In this document: piece after piece, positions 47,301-51,887 of the stretch
Numbering within the stretch: the stretch's first letter is position 1
Layout: every line of letters starts with the position of its first letter
Source of the DNA: Minisyncoccota bacterium
Lineage (GTDB): Bacteria > Patescibacteriota > Minisyncoccia > Phycocordibacterales > JACRKE01
Length of the DNA stretch: 64,000 bases
Assembly (NCBI GenBank): GCA_041660505.1
Contig: JBAZWG010000002.1
Location: forward strand, 868 to 64,867
Direction of reading: 5' to 3'
Translations under genes and position numbers: made by a program
Notes under the pieces: model-generated
The model's input: only the letters and a program-made list of their open reading frames with translations
Databases searched by the model: none
Told to the model about the DNA's origin: nothing

Positions 47301-47833
47301 CCGGCATCGACAGCGGCGCCATGCGAAGCGTTGGCGTAGATGAGGGCTGTGAGTTTGTTGTCGAGCTGGTTCAGCTTGGTAGCCAAGTCACTTGATGTAA
47401 CACCGGAACTTGTTTGTTGGTAAATGATTGTTGGTTTGGTTGTTGTAACGGTTCTCGCGGGCGCACTGCCGATGACAGAAATCTTGCCCGCCAAACTATT
47501 GACTTGATCACGTAATGCTTGTATATCGCTGTTTACAGTTGTAGTTGACAGAGTATCAGATATCGTGGCAATGTCGGTGACTTTTTGACTGATAACAGGG
47601 GTGGTAACTGTGACTGTCGGAGAGGGCTTTTGGACCTGCGGAGAGAAGAAGGAGATGAGCGACGTTTGAACGCTATTGAATATGTCCCCTATCGTACTGC
47701 TGATGCTTGCCATATATTGGCTAGGTAGAGCCGTATATTCATTGACGAGGGAGGCGTGAGCTAGCGAAAAATTTGCAATAAAAAAGACGGTTAAAACCGC
47801 AAAGTAAACTACAAATTTTCGCACCGAATGCAT
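38345..47833 (-). CDS. giant secreted multidomain surface protein (3162 aa). It has tail-fibre-like GIGT repeats, a Kelch-type beta-propeller, a discoidin (F5/8 type C) domain, a Gly-rich domain, a tail-fibre-like C-terminal module and an Ig-like (DUF5011-type) domain.
   Basis: Signal peptide [27 protein letters not shown]. About 20 copies of G(N/L)VGIGT(T/S)(S/T)PxAKLxV. About 6 YVYAIGG Kelch blades (aa ~715-1060, nt ~44650-45690). Discoidin-like [31 protein letters not shown]...YRYYKL (aa ~1290-1415). Gly-rich [14 protein letters not shown]... (aa ~1955-2175, nt ~41320-41960). [19 protein letters not shown] module (aa ~2808-2990). C-terminal Ig-like [31 protein letters not shown] (nt ~38380-38610). 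No C-terminal TM or sortase signal. Confidence 0.85.
   Translation of the reverse strand: [3162 protein letters not shown]
42300..46000. repeat. three to four near-identical ~250-300 bp direct repeats inside the giant gene
   Basis: Copies around 45860-46000, 44160-44350, 43140-43330, and a partial copy at 42300-42480. They encode (G/M)LLD(L/M)[46 protein letters not shown]. They are potential recombination or size-variation substrates. Confidence 0.7.
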
Positions 47834-47886
47834 ACATTAATTATACTAAAATATGACCACGTTTAGTACGCATTTCCGAGACATGT

Positions 47887-47928
47887 TGTGGATAATTAAT
47901 CCTTATTCTGTAAGGGTATTTATCCACA
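47887..47928. promoter_or_regulatory. pair of perfect DnaA-box 9-mers in inverted orientation
   Basis: tgtggataa at 47887-47895 (TTATCCACA on the minus strand) and ttatccaca at 47920-47928, 24 bp apart, in the divergent intergenic region between the giant gene and the priA-like gene. TTGACA at 47931-47936 is adjacent. Confidence 0.5.
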
Positions 47929-47986
47929 GGTTGACATTTTTATTCGGTTGGTACTTTTCTGGCCGAAAATAGGGTACAATCACCTC

Positions 47987-49669
47987 ATGCAGGTCATCAC
48001 ACTTATCCCCATCGTCCGTGGTATCGGCAAAGACGAGCTTACCTACTTCTCTACCCTGCCTGTCAAGGTCGGCGACATTGCCACTGTCACCATCAACTCG
48101 CGCGAAGTGCGCGGGATAGTCACGGACGTACTCGACGCGAGAACGGCAAAGAATTCTGTGAAGCGCGGAGACTTCGCGCTAAAGAAGGTTCTGAAGATCG
48201 AGCCGGGATTTATTGCACCATCTGTCATTTCTGTAGCAAAAGAAACTTCTGATTATTTCGCTTGTTCAGTGAGTCAGGTTCTCGGCTCGATGTACCCCAA
48301 AAACGTACTAAACGAAGTTGAAAGTAAAAAGTTGCCGTGCCTGCCGGCAGGCAGGAAAGTTGAAAGGAATCACCCCTCTCCTTCGGGGAGGGGCCGGGGT
48401 GGGGTTGCAATCGAAGGAACCCGGCAAGATCGTTTTGTTTGGATTCAAAAAAACTTAATCAAGAGGAATATGAAAGTCTTATATATTTCACCATCGAATC
48501 ATGAACTAGCAAAAGCTAAAAAAGTTTTCAATGATACTGAAATTATTTGCGTATCGCCGGAATATGGCTTTGTATGGCTACCTTATGTCGATACGATAAT
48601 TTTAGATAACGAAAGTGGCGCTGGCTATCATGATAATTCACGGGCACAAATAGATTTTAAAAAAGTGTACGAATTTCATGCGCTGGAAAATAAACAGCAA
48701 ATAATTTTCGCTGATAACGTGCTTGATCTCAAATATTTCGCAAATCCAAAAAGTGGCCAACATCGGGTGTTGACCACTTTTCCAAAAGTTATGGTGGTAA
48801 AAAAGGAAAAAACTGCTCTGCATAATTCTTGGCTCGTGAGTAAAGAAGCAGTGGGATTGACGGAAAAAATACTTGCAAAAAATTCTAGAATGTTCTTCTT
48901 CGCTCCACGTAAAAGTATCGCGAGTATCACCGTATGTGGTGATTGCGGCGAAACCGTGCAGTGTGAGACTTGCAAACGGCCACTTATGCTCGCACGCAAG
49001 AATGGTAAACGAATATTCATCTGCCAAAAATGCTCTCAAATCACGCAAGTAGATATATCATGTGCAAGCTGTAATAGCTGGAAGTTGAGACCCCTGGGTG
49101 TGACAGTTGACTCTGTCGCTGATGAGCTGGAGCGATTATTTCCCAAGGCGACCGTCTTGCGAGTGTCGGGCGACATCACAAAGACCAAGACCCAACTTGC
49201 AAAAATCATCAAACAATTTTATGCCACATCCGGCGCGCTGCTCGTCGGCACCGAGCTTGCGCTCCCCTATCTCGAACAGCTAATTTCTTATTCTGTAATC
49301 TCCAGTATCGATTCGTTTTTATCAGGCAGAAGTTTGTCAGGTACGGACAAAGCCGCGCGAATTATCTTTGAGGTTGCAACCCTTGCCCATGAAAAAGTTT
49401 TAGTAGAAACAAGCGACCCACACCAGCAATTTTTTCAAGATATTTCTGATGGCGGAGGTTTAACCTCCGCTATGCTAAAAACATATCGCGAACATGAACT
49501 TGCAGAAAGAAAAAAGTTTAACTATCCGCCATACAGTATTATCATAAAAATAAATTCAGAAATATTTTTTATAAATAAAGAGAAGTGGCCGGACGCAGAA
49601 CTCGTCGCGAGAATTCGCGCGTTGCCAAAGGGCTCAACCTACACCATAGACGCAAACAGTGTCGTGTAG
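47987..49669 (+). CDS. primosomal protein N' (PriA)-like, with degenerate helicase ATPase motifs
   Basis: Start set at ATG 47987 (TACAAT 6 nt upstream; ORF-track TTG 47948 rejected). N-terminal 3'-DNA-binding domain. PriA Cys-rich zinc-binding region CGDCGETVQCETCKRPL...CQKCSQ...CASCNS is collinear with the E. coli PriA CHDCG..CPRCD..CHHCD..CPSCG region. Walker A GxTGSGKT is absent (YISPSNHELAKAK instead), and DEEH is replaced by DNES (IILDNESGAGY). It carries an in-frame REP-like element at 48301-48360. Confidence 0.6.
   Translation: MQVITLIPIVRGIGKDELTYFSTLPVKVGDIATVTINSREVRGIVTDVLDARTAKNSVKRGDFALKKVLKIEPGFIAPSVISVAKETSDYFACSVSQVLGSMYPKNVLNEVESKKLPCLPAGRKVERNHPSPSGRGRGGVAIEGTRQDRFVWIQKNLIKRNMKVLYISPSNHELAKAKKVFNDTEIICVSPEYGFVWLPYVDTIILDNESGAGYHDNSRAQIDFKKVYEFHALENKQQIIFADNVLDLKYFANPKSGQHRVLTTFPKVMVVKKEKTALHNSWLVSKEAVGLTEKILAKNSRMFFFAPRKSIASITVCGDCGETVQCETCKRPLMLARKNGKRIFICQKCSQITQVDISCASCNSWKLRPLGVTVDSVADELERLFPKATVLRVSGDITKTKTQLAKIIKQFYATSGALLVGTELALPYLEQLISYSVISSIDSFLSGRSLSGTDKAARIIFEVATLAHEKVLVETSDPHQQFFQDISDGGGLTSAMLKTYREHELAERKKFNYPPYSIIIKINSEIFFINKEKWPDAELVARIRALPKGSTYTIDANSVV
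48301..48360 (+). repeat. REP/MITE-like element in frame inside the priA-like gene. It is AAGTTGAAAG-flanked, with a 14-bp perfect palindrome gcctgccggcaggc.
   Basis: gaagttgaaagtaaaaagttgccgtgcctgccggcaggcaggaaagttgaaagg encodes ...NEVESKKLPCLPAGRKVERN.... A second GC hairpin (cccctctcc-ttcg-gggagggg-like) follows at 48372-48395. It is near-identical to the minus-strand copy at 51549-51583. Confidence 0.7.
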
Positions 49670-49678
49670 TATAGTAGG

Positions 49679-50254
49679 GTGATGAAAGTGATGTTGGATG
49701 GCGCACCGGTACTGCGCGAAAAAGCAAGAGAAGTACCTGTACCGGATATCAAAAAAGGCTTATATAAAGCCATGGTTGCAGACATGCAGGCTACGCTCCT
49801 GAAGTGCCACGATGGGGTAGCCTTGGCCGCCCCGCAGGTCGGCAAGAGCATCAGATTATTCGTAATATCGCCAAAAGTATTTCAAGCCGAACAGGAGTTA
49901 GGAGATGGGAGATCGGAGTTAGGGAAATCCAAAACCGTATCCCCCAAACTCCAAACTCCTAACTCCCAACTCCCACGCCTCGTCTACTTCAACCCTAAAA
50001 TAAAAAAAGTTTCTGCCAGTAAAAAAGATCTCGATGAAGGCTGCCTCTCGGTGAACGGCCTCTATGGCAAAGTCCCGCGCAGTACAAAGGCGCTGATTGA
50101 AGCCTACGACGAATACGGTATGAAGTTTACGCGCGGAGCATCGGGCCTGCTCGCGCAAATCTTCCAACATGAAGTCGATCATCTTGATGGCATTCTCTAT
50201 ATCGACAAAGCATCGGAACTCAAGCAATTAGAAAGTAGGAAAACAGATGCTTAA
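49679..50254 (+). CDS. def: peptide deformylase, carrying an ~28-aa repeat-encoded insertion
   Basis: GVALAAPQVG, EGCLSV and QHEVDHLDG motifs are intact. The segment ELGDGRSELGKSKTVSPKLQTPNSQLPR lies between the conserved VIS and LVYFNP blocks, where E. coli Def has only ~8 residues. Confidence 0.9.
   Translation: MMKVMLDGAPVLREKAREVPVPDIKKGLYKAMVADMQATLLKCHDGVALAAPQVGKSIRLFVISPKVFQAEQELGDGRSELGKSKTVSPKLQTPNSQLPRLVYFNPKIKKVSASKKDLDEGCLSVNGLYGKVPRSTKALIEAYDEYGMKFTRGASGLLAQIFQHEVDHLDGILYIDKASELKQLESRKTDA
49911..49987. repeat. imperfect hairpin element built from GGAGTTN / AACTCCN heptamers, in frame inside def
   Basis: Left arm gggagatcggagttaggg, a ~20-nt loop, right arm ccaaactccaaactcctaactcccaactccc. 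Confidence 0.65.
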
Positions 50255-51164
50255 TTCGAATGGAAGTTGGGAGTTGGGAGTTGGGAGTTGGGGAAAATAC
50301 AACTTCGTATTTTTTGGTACTTCTAACTTCGCCGTCATAGTTTTAGACGAGCTCAAGGCCGGCGGCTATCTACCGAGTTTAATTATTACAGTGCCTGATT
50401 CCCCGCAGGGCAGAAAGCAGATAATTACTCCTTCACCGGTTAAACTCTGGGCAATTGAACATAATATCCCTATCGAACAACCCGAGAAACTCCTAACTCC
50501 CAACTCCCAACTCCTAACTCCTAACCGTGACTTCGGCATTGTCGTTGATTACGGCAAAATCATTCCGCAGAAAATTATAGATATCCCGAAACACGGACTT
50601 CTGAACGTACACGTGTCTCTTTTGCCAAAATTTCGCGGGGCTTCGCCAATGCAAACAGCAATACTTGAAGGCGAAGCAGAGACCGGCGTAACTATAATGC
50701 AAGTGGTAAAGGGGCTCGATGAAGGCGATATAATTGCACAAGAAAAATTTGATTTGGCTAACTGGCACCCGTATTTTCTTGAACTTGCAGACAAAACCGC
50801 ACATGCCGGCGGTAAATTGCTTGTAAAAATTCTGCCGGATTATCTCGCCGGCAAAATTACACCAATTAAACAAGATAATTCTAAGGCAACTTTTACGCGA
50901 AAATTCGAGGTGCAAGACGGTTTTATAAAACCTGAAATCGTGCTGGGCACAGAGACTGGAGAATTGGCGCAAAAAGCAGAAAGAAAAGTCCGTGCCCTGA
51001 ATCCAGAACCCGGCACCTGGACCGAGTTAAAAATAAGAAATACGGCTCTACGTATAAAGATTCTGAAGGCGCACTTAGAAGTAGATAAATTTATACCCGA
51101 CACTGTAATACCCGCCGGCAAGAAAGAGATGTCGTGGCAAGACTTCAAAAACGGGAATCTGTAA
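50247..51164 (+). CDS. fmt: methionyl-tRNA formyltransferase
   Basis: Start ATG 50247 overlaps the def stop (ATGCTTAA). VFFGTSNFAV, HVSLLPKFRGASPMQ, and a C-terminal domain. The N-terminal 13-aa extension SNGSWELGVGSWG is encoded by (AGTTGGG)4. LLTPNSQLLTPN is encoded by (AACTCCN)5. Confidence 0.9.
   Translation: MLNSNGSWELGVGSWGKYNFVFFGTSNFAVIVLDELKAGGYLPSLIITVPDSPQGRKQIITPSPVKLWAIEHNIPIEQPEKLLTPNSQLLTPNRDFGIVVDYGKIIPQKIIDIPKHGLLNVHVSLLPKFRGASPMQTAILEGEAETGVTIMQVVKGLDEGDIIAQEKFDLANWHPYFLELADKTAHAGGKLLVKILPDYLAGKITPIKQDNSKATFTRKFEVQDGFIKPEIVLGTETGELAQKAERKVRALNPEPGTWTELKIRNTALRIKILKAHLEVDKFIPDTVIPAGKKEMSWQDFKNGNL
50254..50286. repeat. (AGTTGGG)4 tandem heptamer repeat at the fmt 5' coding end
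   Basis: gaagttgggagttgggagttgggagttgggg. Confidence 0.75.
50491..50529. repeat. (AACTCCN)5 tandem heptamer repeat inside fmt (reverse complement of the 50254 repeat family)
   Basis: aactcctaactcccaactcccaactcctaactcctaacc. Confidence 0.75.
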
Positions 51165-51165
51165 G

Positions 51166-51540
51166 CTACGCCTTCTTAAGACCTTTTAAAATTTTCTTGA
51201 TCTTTCTTGCCCCTCTAGTTCTAAGAGTTTGAGCGCGGTCCTTCTTCGAAACAATTTCGCGCTCGAGCTCATCTTTCATCGCGTCTATGGAAGCATAGAG
51301 GTCGTCTGTCGTAGCCGAGGCGTTATAACTGTCTTTACCCACCTTGACGTGCGCTTCCGCCTTAAACAATAATCCCGAATGATGATGTTTGGTCGTCTTG
51401 CCGATCTCGACTTTTACTAATACAGTGTCGAGCTTCTCTTGCTTAACGAGCAATTTCTTTAGCAAGCCAAACTTCTTCTCGACATACAACTGTATCGCCG
51501 GTGTCAACTGCATCTCTATCGCGTTGATGTTTAACTTCAT
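51166..51540 (-). CDS. hpf: ribosome hibernation promoting factor (HPF/RaiA family)
   Basis: 124 aa. MKLNINAIEMQLTPAIQLYVEKKFGLLKKLL... fits the beta-alpha-beta-beta-beta-alpha fold with the conserved N-terminal signature. Confidence 0.85.
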   Translation of the reverse strand: MKLNINAIEMQLTPAIQLYVEKKFGLLKKLLVKQEKLDTVLVKVEIGKTTKHHHSGLLFKAEAHVKVGKDSYNASATTDDLYASIDAMKDELEREIVSKKDRAQTLRTRGARKIKKILKGLKKA

Positions 51541-51548
51541 AGCGTGAG

Positions 51549-51600
51549 GTTATTTAATAAACTTTCCTGCCTGCCGACAGGCATGGCAACTTTATACTTT
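51549..51600 (-). repeat. REP-like element copy in the hpf leader / promoter region. It has a TATAAAGT -10-like box, the gcctgtcggcaggc palindrome, and (AAAAGTT)2.
   Basis: Minus strand reads gttaaaagttaaaagtataaagttgccatgcctgtcggcaggcaggaaagttta. About 90% identical to 48311-48352. Confidence 0.65.
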
Positions 51601-51606
51601 TAACTT

Positions 51607-51873
51607 TTAACTATTCTGAACACCTCCAGAGCCGCGCATACGTATGCTCGCCGTATCGAAGATACTGAAGAGCTTCGAGGGTGATGTGTGGCCGGAGATA
51701 AGGCGCACAAGCTTCTCCTCTACGCCTAATGTTCTTGCCAAGAGCTCTGTAACTTTCTTATTAGCGAGATTGCGCTCGGCCTTCTCGCGCACCCACATCT
51801 CATACTTGTCAGAAGACACCTTTGTTACACGATCAGCCTTGGCGCCCGGCGTAACCTTAACGTGGATATACAT
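51607..51873 (-). CDS. DUF167 / YggU-family protein
   Basis: 88 aa; MYIHVKVTPGAKADRVTKV...LGV...GHTSPSKL matches the YggU (UPF0235) pattern. Confidence 0.55.
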   Translation of the reverse strand: MYIHVKVTPGAKADRVTKVSSDKYEMWVREKAERNLANKKVTELLARTLGVEEKLVRLISGHTSPSKLFSIFDTASIRMRGSGGVQNS

Positions 51874-51887
51874 ATCGGTAGAATACT

